Shown here: positions 63,540 through 64,000 of the stretch, in pieces
Numbering within the stretch: the first letter of the stretch is position 1
Layout of the letters: every line of letters begins with the position of its first letter
DNA from: Carcharhinus longimanus
Taxonomy: Eukaryota
Assembly: GCA_030264375.1 (NCBI GenBank)
Contig: JASCQW010000119.1
Location: forward strand, 9,834,103-9,898,102
DNA length: 64,000 nucleotides
Reading direction: 5' to 3'
Made by a program: the position numbers and the translations under genes
The notes under the pieces: generated by a model
What the model saw: the letters and a program-made list of their open reading frames with translations, nothing else
Database searches by the model: none
What the model was told of the DNA's origin: nothing

Positions 63540-64000
63540 TCAGCAGCAGTTCCTAACCACTCATTTGAATTTCATCCACAATATGCCGAATTTCTGGTAC
63601 AGCTCCAACAACACTCAAAACGCTTGACAACATCCACGGCAAAGCGTCCCGCTAGATTGGCATCACACCTAAAATCATTCAATCCCTCTACCAGCCAAGC
63701 TCAGAGGCAGCAGTGTGTACTGTCCACAGGATGCACTGCAACAATTCGCCAAAGATCCTTCGGCAGCACCTTCGAAGTCCACGGCCAGCATCATCCAGAT
63801 GGAAAAGCAGATAAATGGCAACACCGGCACCAGCCAGGCCCCCTCCAAGCCACTTATCATTCAAACTCAGAAATATATCGTCATTACTTTGCAGTCTCTA
63901 GATCGAAACCTTGCAGCTCCCTCCCTAATGGCGTTGTGGGTCAGTCCAAATCACACGGAAGGCAATGACTCAAGAAGACAGCTCACCAGCACTTTGTGAA
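63540..64000 (+). mobile_element. LINE family B 3' part, runs off the window
   Basis: DNA resembling KLDTIQDKAARLIG...IQSL...AAVCTV.RMHC, and CAAGAAGACAGCTCACCA. Homologous to 14724-15250. Confidence 0.85.

Noticed and set aside
1-64000. Prokaryotic systems (CRISPR arrays, operons, defence loci)
   Set aside because: Vertebrate repeat content, with no repeat-spacer arrays or gene-dense ORFs.

Overview
This is AT-rich, repeat-dense vertebrate DNA, almost certainly from an elasmobranch (shark), judged from HE1-type SINEs and CR1/HER1-type LINEs. It comes from a scaffolded assembly with mostly 100-N and 10-N gaps. None of the long ORFs in the six-frame track is a real host gene. They are LINE remnants, a (CCTT)n tract or chance frames. 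The main hidden feature is a + strand spliced gene built from very short exons, invisible to an ORF finder. There are at least 11 AG...G|GT-bounded exons of 27, 30, 36 or 72 nt, spread over 17.9-63.4 kb. All are multiples of 3, phase 1-1 and stop-free. They join into a ~125-aa Lys/Glu/Gln/Leu-rich segment. I do not recognise the protein. The architecture resembles triadin or butyrophilin/BG tail exons. A ~6.8-kb tandem duplication (44091-50859 / 50860-53615, 3-bp AGG junction microhomology) covers two of these exons, and their expected second copies would fall in an assembly gap. The rest is young and old CR1 LINEs, L2-group and Rex1-type LINEs, SINEs, Penelope-type termini with decayed hammerhead cores and simple repeats. 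All calls were made by eye without database searches, so repeat-family names and the boundaries of old elements are approximate.
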